Shown one piece after another: positions 25,961 through 38,481 of a stretch of 63,228 bases of DNA; within the stretch, counting starts at the first letter, position 1, and every line of letters begins with the position of its first letter. The notes beneath the pieces are model-generated. The model saw only the letters and a list, made by a program, of their open reading frames with translations. It did not search any database and was not told where the DNA came from. Source of the DNA: Octopus bimaculoides (taxonomy: Eukaryota); NCBI RefSeq assembly GCF_001194135.2, contig NC_068986.1, positions 93,023,318-93,086,545 of the forward strand, read 5' to 3'. The position numbers and the translations under genes are program-made.

Positions 25961-26725
25961 ATGACTACCATACCCTCAGTAAAAGCACCCACTACACTCT
26001 TGGAGTGGTTGGCGTTTGGAAGAGCATCCAGCTGTAGAAACTCTGCCAGATCAGATTGGAGCCTGGTGCAGCCTTCTGGGTTGCCAGTCGTCAGTCAAAT
26101 TGTCCAACCCATGCTAGCATGGAAAGCGGACGTTAAATGATGATGATGATGATGATGATAAATATACTTATATCTGTCTGTCTGTCTTTTTATTTATTTA
26201 TCAATCTGTATGCATGCATGTGTGTGTGTGTGTGTAGGGTATCAGTTGCAATATGCTAAAGTTATGCTGTTTTATTCATTTGTTTAATTATATACTTTTT
26301 CATACATCTATATCTGTGAGTCTATTTATGTGTGTTTTATGTAAAATTGTACATAAAAAACCTCAAACTTTAACTGAAAGAGCACTCACTACATTCAAAT
26401 AAGATATTAAATACAGGCATATACTCAATGATATCAAAAATTATTTACTTCTTATTGTACAATCTCTACTCCAGCGTAAGATGCTTGAGGCTAGTGATGT
26501 CTGCAAAGAACAGATGTCATTCAGGGTTTAGTGAGGGAGCCTTCTGTTGTCACTCAGCAGGTTATCAATCAGCTTGGCCTCCTAGTCTGGGTCAGCGGAA
26601 CCCCGATTGAGACAAGGTCAGCTCAAACCCTCTTTGTTTCCATAATCGTTTGTTCATACCCTGTATTACCTTGTTGACATTTCCTTGACTTGCTCTTTTT
26701 ATATGCACATTTATTCATATAACAT

Positions 26726-26814
<89 letters not shown>

Positions 26815-27372
26815 GTATGTATATGTATGTATGTAAATGTGTATATAAAGTGTTGATATTCCAAACCTGTTTTGTATGTATGTCTAGTTGGAGACTTCAG
26901 AAAGACAGTTCAGAGAAAAGTCCTTTGAGGAATAACATGAAGAGCCCGATATTTAATGGAATGATATCCATAGTGGTGATGATTCTGTGCAGTTGTTAGA
27001 AAACAGATTAGATATCTCTGATTAATGAGTAAACCGAAACTGAGGAGGTATGTTATTTAGATATCCCCTTTTTTTTTTCTCACTTTCATCTTTTTTTTTG
27101 TTCTTATTTTTCCTTCCTTCATCTCTTCCTTTCTTTGTTCATTGTTTGTTCTTTCTTTCTTTCTTTCTTTCTTTCTTCATTTATTTGTTTTCTCATTCTT
27201 TCTTTCTTTCTTAAGTGTTTTCATTCATCCCATCTTTTTTTCTTTCTTTCCTTACTCCTTCAGTCCATTTCTTTCTTTCTGTCTTCTCTTCTTTTAGAAA
27301 AGGTTCTCTCTTACAGTTTTCAGAAACTGAAATAGAACAGTTTTACAGGTGAAACCTTAAAAAAATATTAGT

Positions 27373-27418
<46 letters not shown>

Positions 27419-27479
27419 CTAAAGAAAGAAAAGGATAAAGAGACCAATGGCAAAGTTAGAATTATATTTTATGTATAAA

Positions 27480-27528
27480 GTCTTACAGCTGTTTCAGGGA
27501 AAATCCAATGTATCCCTTCATCGGAGAC
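27480..27528 (-). ncRNA. Minimal type-I hammerhead ribozyme motif (U4C core variant), PLE/retrozyme-like
   Basis: Minus strand reads GTCT-CCGATGA-AGGGA(tacattggattt)TCCCT-GAAA-CAGCTG-TA-AGAC. Stem I is GTCT/AGAC, stem II is AGGGA/TCCCT, stem III is a palindromic AC-AGCT-GT, and the cleavage triplet is GUA. The only deviation from the CUGANGA core is U4->C. Confidence 0.7.
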
Positions 27529-27690
27529 GGTAATAGTAGAAGAATGGATTATTCNNNNNNNNNNNNNNNNNNNNNNNNNNNNNNNNNNNNNNNNNNNNNN
27601 NNNNNNNNNNNNNNNNNNNNNNNNNNNNNNNNNNNNNNNNNNNNNNNNNNNNNNNNNNNNNNNNNNNNNNNNNNNNNNNNNNNNNNNNNN

Positions 27691-27720
<30 letters not shown>

Positions 27721-27724
<4 letters not shown>

Positions 27725-28172
27725 ATTATGTAACATCCTCTGGAGGCAGAGAGAGGTTTTGATAAATTGAGAATTTATGTTGTATGTTATTGGATATACC
27801 TGTATTTTTCTATACTGTTCAAATACATAGCATTGGCCATTCTGAATTATTTCTCTTAGCTGGACCCTCAATGTGTTCCACTCATTTTTGTATATACTCC
27901 TTGGCCACTAGAGATATTTTCAAACAGTTATCGAGCTAAAAGCATGTGTTCACGATTGTTCTTTTATCTTAATACAATAAGTTTGTCCTTTTCCTTAATG
28001 GCATGTTAGTTTTGGAGAATTATTCACTTGTGAGATTAACTCCTCTTTTCAAGTGGAATTGATCATAATTGCTATTTGGTAATTATGAGAGATACTTTGG
28101 AGGTAGAAGAGTTTAAATAAGTCAGGAATTTATGTCGTGGTATCTGATATACCTGTATTTTTCTCTCTGTTT
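27721..28172. repeat. ~100-bp direct repeats 357 bp apart, bounded by (TA)n
   Basis: ggtaattatg..tggagg(c/t)aga..gaatttatgt..gatatacctgtatttttct..ctgtt at 27721-27820 and 28078-28172. Confidence 0.7.
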
Positions 28173-28594
28173 CTTTCTATATATATGTCTATATATATAT
28201 TCCTTTTTCCCCCTCTTATTTTCTGTATCTTAGTTGATCTGTTGCTAACTTTCAAGCAGTTTTGAAAGAAGGTACACTAGCTTGTACCAAACCTGATTTT
28301 CTCAATGTTGAAACTATCTTTAAGAATCAGAGCTGTTTTGAATTGTTCATTAGTGCTGTCTTTTTACCGAAAACAAGAGTTTGGATTCAATTGTGCCATT
28401 AGTTTGGCAGTTATATCTGTTTACTTCCTTCTACTAGTCTTCTAAATCTGTAAAATATACTATCTCCCCTTTGCAGTTCAGATATACAGGAATATAACTA
28501 AATATAATGAAAGCTATTGGCAGCATCAATGTCTTCAATATATCGGGATGTAGATGTCCTCTGTACACAGAGGAACAGTGGCTGTCATGCTCTG

Positions 28595-29205
<611 letters not shown>

Positions 29206-29259
29206 TTGCTCATTTCTGCTATTGTCACCATTAGAATCCATAAGAATACTAAACCAAAG

Positions 29260-29452
29260 AGAGAGTCCATCCTAAGTCACCGACCTGCTTAAACTTTCAG
29301 CAAATCTCCTTCAAGTCACACCCTATTGTTTTAGAAAAGAGAGGATAAAATTCAACCATGTCGCCCTTGATAGACAACAAGACGGAATAGTTATGATTGG
29401 AACAGCTTTAATCATAAGTCTGCTCGATCAGGGCTGGCCTGTGGTTAAACAA
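29260..29452 (-). repeat. Dispersed repeat family F (also near 4400, 12280, 20720, 25180, 30780, 42770, 46340, 49000, 49930)
   Basis: Shared motifs gtttaacc/gcccaggtc..ctgatcgagcagac.tatgat..aggc..tcc..ccatgaccatcc and gatttg.ctgctatttctagcaggtc. Confidence 0.65.
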
Positions 29453-31014
29453 TAATAGTAAGTATAGAGTAATGGAAAGAGTATACTATATCTGAACTGT
29501 CACACTGCACCCAATGCAATTATCTTCTGTATCAAAATGTGCAGCATGCTCCTTGTTTCAGTGAATATAGTGCTGTGAAGCAGAACATGATACTCCACAG
29601 TACATCAGTTCACCTACCTGTTAGTAATTAGCACTATATTTTACATTGGATCAGTTCATCTACCTGTCAGCAATAGACACCTGTTCTCATGGGAGTGTTA
29701 CCTGAAAATAACCAGAGTTCTATGCACAGGGAAATTTGTCTAACGTCTGCTGAAAACTGTGAAACTAGAGCAAAAGAAATCTGAGCACGGGGCTTAGTAG
29801 GCATCTATATCTTCATATTTATTCCAGCTATTACTACATTTCTACAGCTACTTTGTGAAATTATATCTGGTTAACCTCCATATCACTTCTATAGCTATGA
29901 ATTACTATAGACATTCAATTTAGTGCTGTAACCAAAAATCTTTATTAAACTGAGTGCAGGAGGCATAGCTGTGTGGTTAACAATCTTGCTTTGCAACCGC
30001 ATGGTTTCAGGTTCAGTCTCACAGTGCCATACCTTGAGCAAGTGTTTTTTATTGAAGTCCACAAAACACAGATCATTTTTTTTTTCAGGTCTTGGTTTCA
30101 GAATGGATTCTCCTTTTCCCATTGAGTGCTAACCATTCTTGTTCTCATTGGATATAATTATCGAGAACTCATCACTTCTGACCATTCTTGCCAGGAAAGG
30201 TTCAGTGGCAAGCATAGTCTTCAATTACTAGCAGTAGGCAACTCTTTGATTAAGCAGAGATGCAATCAGACAATGAGGGATATTTATATACACACACAGA
30301 TATATGTATTTGTGTGTGCATGGTTTGTGTCCTGTCACCGTGTGACAACCAGTGTTGGTTTGTTTTCATCTATGTAATTTAGCAGTTTGGGAAAAGAGAC
30401 CGATAGGATAAAAATATCTGATTTAGAAAAATATGTACTGGGGTTGAATTGTTTGACTTAAACCCCTTTCAGTGCAGTGCCCTAGCATAGTCACAATCCA
30501 AGGACTAAAATAAGTAAAAGATAAAACTACCTAGTTTCTTCAAAGTTATGATGAACTAAGAGATATAACTCAAATAGCCCACTGGCATGAATTTAGATAA
30601 TTGTTAAATTGTGATTTACTAAATGCTGTACATAAACAAATTTAGTAGAAAACTTTTCATATAGTATTCCCTTATTTTGACTGCTTTATGGAAAAATAAC
30701 AATAAGTGTTCATGTATCTACTTATGTGCCTATTTGCACCAGAATTCTTGCTTAAGCTGGTTTAGGAACCATAATGTGGTGCTAGAGATAACAGTAAAAT
30801 CTGCCTCAATATCATCGTCTTGGGTTCCCTATATATGGGAAAATGATGGGACAGTCATCACTAGGATACTTTTGATCATAGGTCTGTTTGATCAGGGTTG
30901 ATTTGGGCTGGGCAATAACATACTTGCAACCCACCTGTCAACACAAACTCCCCTTGTGCCCACATTCACACAATCACATCCCAATCACATGCACAATCTC
31001 ACAAAAACTTTCAA

Positions 31015-31084
31015 ACACACACACATACACACAAGCTCTCACTCTCTCTCACACATACACGCATACACACAAGCTCTCTCACTT

Positions 31085-31139
<55 letters not shown>

Positions 31140-31342
31140 AACACAAGCTCTCTCTCTCACTCACACACACACACACAACCACAAGCTCTCGCTCTCGCTC
31201 TCTCTCTCTCTATCATACACACACACAAGCACTCTCTCTTGCTCTCTCGCTCTCTCTCTCACACACACACACACACACAGACACACACACACTCAAGCTC
31301 TCTCTCTTGCTCTTTCTCTCTCTCTCTCTCTCACACACACAG
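31015..31342. repeat. Compound (CA)n/(CT)n minisatellite
   Basis: Repeated (ca)n-agc-(tc)n cassettes. Confidence 0.85.
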
Positions 31343-32961
31343 CACTTATTGGACTGGAATTACAATTTTTTATTTGGATACAAAGTCACTAGTTTGTGTG
31401 TGGCAGGGGTTCGGGGAGTGTGTAGAGTGAATGGAACCTAATTTAGTAGCCTTAAAAAGTATGGAAGGTAAAGTTTACTTTGACAGGATTTAAACCGATA
31501 ACTTAAAAGGCTGTAAATTAATACCGTAGGGCTTTAGTTGGGCATTTTACCTACTCAGCTGCTACCAGATTCTTATTTCTTTACTGCCCACAAGGGGCTA
31601 CATACAGAGGGGACAAACAAGGACAGATAAATGGATTAAGTCGATTATATCGATCCCAGTGTGTAACTGGTACTTATTTAATCGACTCCGAAAGGATGAA
31701 AGGCAAAGTCGATTGGATCTGGATGCAATCCTCTGGCTTACTGGCTCCTTTTGAATCATCCAACTTATGCTAATATGGAAAACAAGTATCTGCGTGTAAA
31801 CACACACACACACACACATTATAAGCTGTGCTTCTGCGTGCATATGTCAATGGAATGTGTGTATAAAGTATATATGTTTGTGTGTGAGTGTACATATGTA
31901 CATGTGTGTCGTTTGGTTTCCATTTAATTAAAAAAACATCTTTTTAAAATTAAATCAAATGGAATGTTGATATTTTGTTTTGATTTCTAGAAAATTAAAG
32001 AATTTTATAAAATGTTTGCATTAATAATGAGAGCACACACACACACACACACACATGCACACTTTCACATATGCACACTAATTCATAGTTTTATGTACTG
32101 ATTTTGTTTATTTAAGATGTATACTTTATAGGAATGTAACTATTTCAATATAAAGTGTGTCTTCTGTTTTTTTTTTTTTTTGCATAACTTGAGATATGAC
32201 ATGATATATATTTAAATAGCTATGTTACTTTAAGGCCATGCTTCATTAATAACAGAACATACACTTGTTTGCTTGTTTTAGATCTGTTTTTTCTTCTATA
32301 ATTGTATGGGTTGGATAAATATGGTATTTAAAGCTTTGTTTTAGTGCCGGATGCCCTTGCTGTTGCTAATCCTTAACTGTTTTGTAAATAAGGTATCTCT
32401 TATTCCATATGGGTTCGAAGGCACGAAGTGACTGAATGATTTGATGACAAGAGAACTGACAACAACAACATTGCCTGCCATAACTTTTAGTCAAGTGATT
32501 ACTGATGTATACAAACATACAGACACATGCATATATGTTTAAAAGTTTCCTTCCCAATCGCATGATTTTAGCTTTAGTCTCACTGTGTGGCCCTTTGGGC
32601 AACTGTCTTCTGTTATAGCCCCAAGCCTTCTACATGTATTTTGTTGACAGTAACGGGAAGAAACCTGTTATATATATGACTGTGTGGATGTTTGCATCTC
32701 CTTGTCTTGACATAACTGGACAGTTGTAAACAAGCATCACTGTCATAGAAATGATATTACCTTTCTTGAGAACATGTGTGGTTTGGTGACAAGAGAATCC
32801 AACCTTGGTAAACTTTGTCCAGCCCATGCAAGCATGGAAAAGTTTAAAATAAACCAATGATAATGATAGAGTTTTTGTGCACCAAGTACACACACTAGGC
32901 TTTGATCATGCACTTGCCCAAAGAAAGCTAATAAGTGTTTGCCACCCAGAAGAACATATAT

Positions 32962-33401
32962 TTCTTATTTCTTTATTGTCCACAAGGGATCAAACATAGA
33001 GGGGACAAACAAAGACAGACAAAGGAATTAAGTCAATTACATTGACCCCAGTGCCTAACTGGTACTTAATTTATCGACCTTGGTGGAATTTGAACTCAGA
33101 ACGTAACAGCAGATGAAATACCTATTTCTTTACTGCCCACAAGGGGCTACACACAGAGGGGACAAACAAGAACAGACATACGGATTAAGTCGATTATATC
33201 GACCCCAGTGCGTAACTGGTGCTTAATTTATCGACCCCGAAAGGATGAAAGGCAAAGTCGACCTCGGCGGAATTTGAACTCAGAACGCAGTGGCAGACGA
33301 AATACCGCTAAGCAGTTCGCCCGGTGTGCTAACATTTCTGCCAGCTCGCCGCAGATGAAATACCGCGAAGCATTTCACCCGGTGTGTTAACGTTTCTGCC
33401 A
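32962..33401 (-). mobile_element. SINE family B nested inside an older family B copy
   Basis: The inner copy 33123-33350 is flanked by a 14-bp direct repeat gcagatgaaatacc (33109-33122 and 33351-33364). The outer copy resumes after it. Confidence 0.85.
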
Positions 33402-33952
33402 TATATTTTTGCCAGTCAAAAATAAATGTTGTCTTTCTACTAGTTTGCTGAAAACATTGTCTATACAAAATACCAGTCATCATGATTCTGCATTGCATTT
33501 AACTGAGAAGAGACATTTATGTGGTAACTGTGGTAAATGCTGCAGGAAATAATTAGGCTAGAAATTAATCTTTGCTATGCAGCTCATTAATAAACAATTG
33601 TCATACTCACTATTGAATCAACTTCCATATTTATATATTTATATCTGTGTAGTGTGTGTGCGTTTTGCCTTGCCATAGGCCCTCAGTAACTAGATGTCTA
33701 GATGGCGACATCAAAATATATGGTGTGTCTTGAGCACTTTTATGTCTGCTAGAATCCGTCCCTCTCCAGATCTAACCATAACTGATTTCCTACTGAAAGA
33801 CATACATACAGGTAGAAAGGAGTGAAAGAAATAGGAAGCAAGAATGTATGTATGTGCGTAACTGTATGTATGCTTGCATAGTTATATGTGAATGAGTGTG
33901 TGCGTGTGTGAGTGTATGAACGTACATATATGTATGTATGTGAGTGTATGAA

Positions 33953-33999
<47 letters not shown>

Positions 34000-34345
34000 N
34001 NNNNNNNNNNNNNNNNNNNNNNNNNNNNNNNNNNNNNNNNNNNNNNNNNNNNNNNNNNNNNNNNNNNNNNNNNNNNNNNNNNNNNNNNNNNNNNNNNNNN
34101 NNNNNNNNNNNNNNNNNNNNNNNNNNNNNNNNNNNNNNNNNNNNNNNNNNNNNNNNNNNNNNNNNNNNNNNNNNNNNNNNNNNNNNNNNNNNNNNNNNNN
34201 NNNNNNNNNNNNNNNNNNNNNNNNNNNNNNNNNNNNNNNNNNNNNNNNNNNNNNNNNNNNNNNNNNNNNNNNNNNNNNNNNNNNNNNNNNNNNNNNNNNN
34301 NNNNNNNNNNNNNNNNNNNNNNNNNNNNNNNNNNNNNNNNNNNNN

Positions 34346-34407
<62 letters not shown>

Positions 34408-35205
34408 AGTGTATGAATGTATGTATATATGTGAGTGTATGAATGTGCATGTGTGTATGAATGCACTTATATATGTGCATTTGTTTGTGTGTATATAATG
34501 TAAGTGGTGTATGCAGATGTTTGTATATGTTTTTAATTAATATTATTATATATTATTATTATTTATTCTCTTTTAAATTTTTTTTCCCCCAACCGAGTGT
34601 GGTATGCACATGAAAGTTAACTCTACTCCATCACCACCACCACCACCACCACCACCACTCTCGCACAAAATCTATTAGAATTTCATCTTATTCGCAATCG
34701 GATACTATGTAAATATAACAACAACAACATCAACAACAGAATTAATTAGCGATTAATTTAAACAAATTCAAATTAGAATTTTAAAAAAGAAAATTTTTTT
34801 TATTTGTTATATTTAGAAATTTGAAACATTCTAACATCTGCTGTTTCAGCTTACATATTTAATTGTATTTCATAATTATTATGATTATTAGTTGTTGTTG
34901 TTGTTGTTATTTTTGATGTGGTGGTGGAAAGTAATGAAATTATTATTATCATTATTATTTGGTGTTTGTTCTTGAACTTCTAAACTGATGATAATCTTGA
35001 TGTGATGATGATGATGATGGGATTGTAATGATATGGTGATGATGATGATGATGATAATGCAGACAATGTTGGTGATGATAATAGTAGTGATGGTGATGAT
35101 TGTTATTCACACTATTCTTTTGATAAAATGTTTCCATTTCATTTGCTGTCTGCTTATTAATTGATGACTTCATCTTCAATCTCTCTCTCTCTCCTAGTGT
35201 GTGTG

Positions 35206-35236
<31 letters not shown>

Positions 35237-35977
35237 NNNNNNNNNNNNNNNNNNNNNNNNNNNNNNNNNNNNNNNNNNNNNNNNNNNNNNNNNNNNNNNN
35301 NNNNNNNNNNNNNNNNNNNNNNNNNNNNNNNNNNNNNNNNNNNNNNNNNNNNNNNNNNNNNNNNNNNNNNNNNNNNNNNNNNNNNNNNNNNNNNNNNNNN
35401 NNNNNNNNNNNNNNNNNNNNNNNNNNNNNNNNNNNNNNNNNNNNNNNNNNNNNNNNNNNNNNNNNNNNNNNNNNNNNNNNNNNNNNNNNNNNNNNNNNNN
35501 NNNNNNNNNNNNNNNNNNNNNNNNNNNNNNNNNNNNNNNNNNNNNNNNNNNNNNNNNNNNNNNNNNNNNNNNNNNNNNNNNNNNNNNNNNNNNNNNNNNN
35601 NNNNNNNNNNNNNNNNNNNNNNNNNNNNNNNNNNNNNNNNNNNNNNNNNNNNNNNNNNNNNNNNNNNNNNNNNNNNNNNNNNNNNNNNNNNNNNNNNNNN
35701 NNNNNNNNNNNNNNNNNNNNNNNNNNNNNNNNNNNNNNNNNNNNNNNNNNNNNNNNNNNNNNNNNNNNNNNNNNNNNNNNNNNNNNNNNNNNNNNNNNNN
35801 NNNNNNNNNNNNNNNNNNNNNNNNNNNNNNNNNNNNNNNNNNNNNNNNNNNNNNNNNNNNNNNNNNNNNNNNNNNNNNNNAATTTATATATATATATATC
35901 ATCATCGTTTAACGTCCGCTTTCCATGCTAGCATGGGTTGGACGATTTGACTGAGGACTGGTGCAACCGGATGGCTA

Positions 35978-36015
<38 letters not shown>

Positions 36016-36058
36016 TATATATATATAATATAGTCTTACATGAAATACATTTTATATA

Positions 36059-36890
36059 CAGAGTGTCTGGGCTAAATTTGACAATTTGCATAAAAGGAAA
36101 AAAAAAAAAAATCCCATCAAAAGATATCAACTAGATTATTCTGTGAGAAAACAATTTATGTCCTCAGCTTCCACCATGGCCTCAAGATGGCTCCAGAAAC
36201 TGGTACATGAGGTCCTCACTGTGTCTGTGGGAAGATCGTTGAACACCTCCTTGATCTTGGCCACCAGCTTGCCCTTGGTCTTGCAGGCAGAGTGGTTGGT
36301 GTCTTTCTCAACCATGCTTCACACAGTAATCCATGGGATTACTGATTGTAAAATCAGGGAAATTAGGAGGCCAGTAATTGGGGCTGGCCATGTCAAGGAC
36401 ATTATCTGACACCCACTTTTGACTCTTTTCAAAGATATGGCGAGGAGCTTGAATCCAGCTGCCACACATATGGCCTTCCAGCAGCAACTGTCTCCAGTCA
36501 GGGATTGTCCACAGTCTCCAGCAGCCTCACATAGCTGTCTGAATTGAGTCTAAGGCTCTGTTCAAAGATGTGGGGTGGCATCACTTCACCCTCATTGGAA
36601 ACACTCCCAAAGACCATCCTCCCAATTGGCCATAGCTTTGTAGCCTCCATCGCAACTGTTCATGCCATATCTTACAACCTTTACAGAGTTCACAGAACAT
36701 TAAGCAGCAGTCGTGATGTCTGCATTTTGCTACCCAGTGCAAATCATCATGATAGAGATAATTTCAGATGGATTTGTCCTTCATGAGAGCTAACTTTTTC
36801 TCAACTCCATCTTTAATTTCCATGCTCTCCAACACCATTGATTGTTCACCACTTGACAACCTGTGTTAATTTGTTTATGTTTGTGTAACT
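36059..36890 (-). mobile_element. Decayed, internally deleted Tc1/mariner-superfamily (DDxD, maT-like) transposon
   Basis: Minus strand 36617->36160 gives, with frameshifts and a stop, MVFGSVSNEGEVMPPHIFEQSLRLNSDSYVRLLETV..VAAGRPYVWQLDS..QKWVSDN..NYWPPNFPD..NPMDY..VEKDTNHSACKTKGKLVAKIKEVFNDLPTDTVRTSCTSFWSHLEAMVEAE, a recognisable mariner-type catalytic C-terminus. A TIR-like end TA|CAGAGTGTC begins at 36059. The other TIR was not found. Confidence 0.85.
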
Positions 36891-37116
36891 TTGCAGTTCA
36901 GCAAATTTGAATGATTGCATAAGTACCAGACTTTAAAAAATAAGTCCTGGAATTGATATGTTTGACTAAGACTCTTCTAAGCAGTGCCACAGTATGGCCA
37001 CAATCCAAAGACAAAAATGAGTAAAAGATAAAAGACACATACATACAGCAAATGTACAAAAATATTGAGTACTTCATTGAATAAACACACACACACACAC
37101 ACACACACACGTATAT

Positions 37117-37274
37117 GAGTGGCTGTGTGGTAAGTAGCTTGCTTACCAACCACATGGTTCCGGGTTCAGTCCCACTGCGTGACACCTTGGGCAAGTGTCT
37201 TCTACTATAGCCTCGGGCTGACCAAAGCCTTGTGAGTGGATTTGGTAGATGGAAACTGAAAGAAGCCTGTCGTA

Positions 37275-37323
<49 letters not shown>

Positions 37324-37508
37324 TTGTGTGTCTGTGTTTGTCCCCCCACCATTGCTTGACAACCGATGCTGGTGTGTTTACGTCCCCATAACTTAGCAGT
37401 TCAGCAAAATAGACCGATAGAATAAGTACTAGGGGTTGATTTACTCGACTAAAGGCGGTGCACGAGCATGGCCGCGGTCAAATGACTGAAACCAGTAAAA
37501 GAGTAAAG
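37117..37508 (+). mobile_element. tRNA-derived SINE family A, near full length
   Basis: Head gagtggctgtgtggtaagtagcttgc..ggttccgggttcagtccc with A/B-box-like motifs, an internal (TA)n(TG)n, and tail aaatgactgaaac..gtaaaagagtaaa. Confidence 0.9.
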
Positions 37509-37510
37509 CG

Positions 37511-37549
<39 letters not shown>

Positions 37550-38481
37550 TCACATACATATGCATCCACACACTCACAAACGCGAATGTTCATGTTAACA
37601 CGTGTGTGTGTGTGTGTGTATTCATATACATTTATCCTCATTGAATATTTTGAACATTAAGTAGGTGCCATTGTGTCGTTCTTGTGTTAAAATCAAAGAT
37701 GACATCTAAGTTATTGTGGTTGGTCTGATCTGAGTAGCGGTAAAAGTGGCTGAGAGAATTGCTTCTATATCCCCCCCCCCCCCAACACCACCACCACCAA
37801 TAATGTAGCAAACCAGGATTAATAGTAATTTTTATATATAATGAATGAATGAAAATTCTAAATTTTAAACTGGCGATATCAATATTGTTTTATATATATA
37901 TTTTTTTGTTCTACCTCTCTGTATGTTCACTTGTCTGTCTGTAGTATGCATGTTTACATATTTATGTATTTAAGTATACATTTATGCATACATAAAAAGA
38001 TATGCACAGCATATTGATGTGTGTGCGTGTGCGTGTGTACATGCATGATATGCTTTCTCATTTGTCATATTTGACAATGACTTAGCAGTTTGTTAAACTG
38101 ATACTAGACAAGCACAAGGTTCTTTTTTTTCACTGTGAATAAGAGCTGCGCATACATCAGACCTCCTCTCTTGGTTTTACACAATACATTCAGTGGAAAG
38201 ATAAAATCAAGACAGCTAAGCTTGCATGAGAATGGAAGAGATTGCTAATATGGTTAACCAAATCTCCAGATCTTGCAGTATCTCACTAACCTGCTGTGTG
38301 GCCCAAGGCCATAAAATATTATATCAAATGTTTGCTCTGCATAATAGCATCTAACCCAGCATGATGGTTTGTTGCCACCTGTGATTGTTTTCCCCCTGTT
38401 GGCCTGCTGCTGCAAACTTCAAAGCTATAGTGATGAAAGTTACTTTTTTTTTTCTATGTGTCTTTTAAATGAAATGCAAAC

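Noticed and set aside
25613-26140. 175-aa Tyr/His-rich repetitive ORF (HTYSYYIYDY)
   Set aside because: In-frame reading of a 30-bp minisatellite that runs into a family C repeat, with a non-canonical start.
33485-33548. HLTEKRHLCGNCGK, resembling a C2H2 zinc-finger linker
   Set aside because: A stop follows within a few codons, and there is no Phe/Leu/His-His continuation or neighbouring finger.
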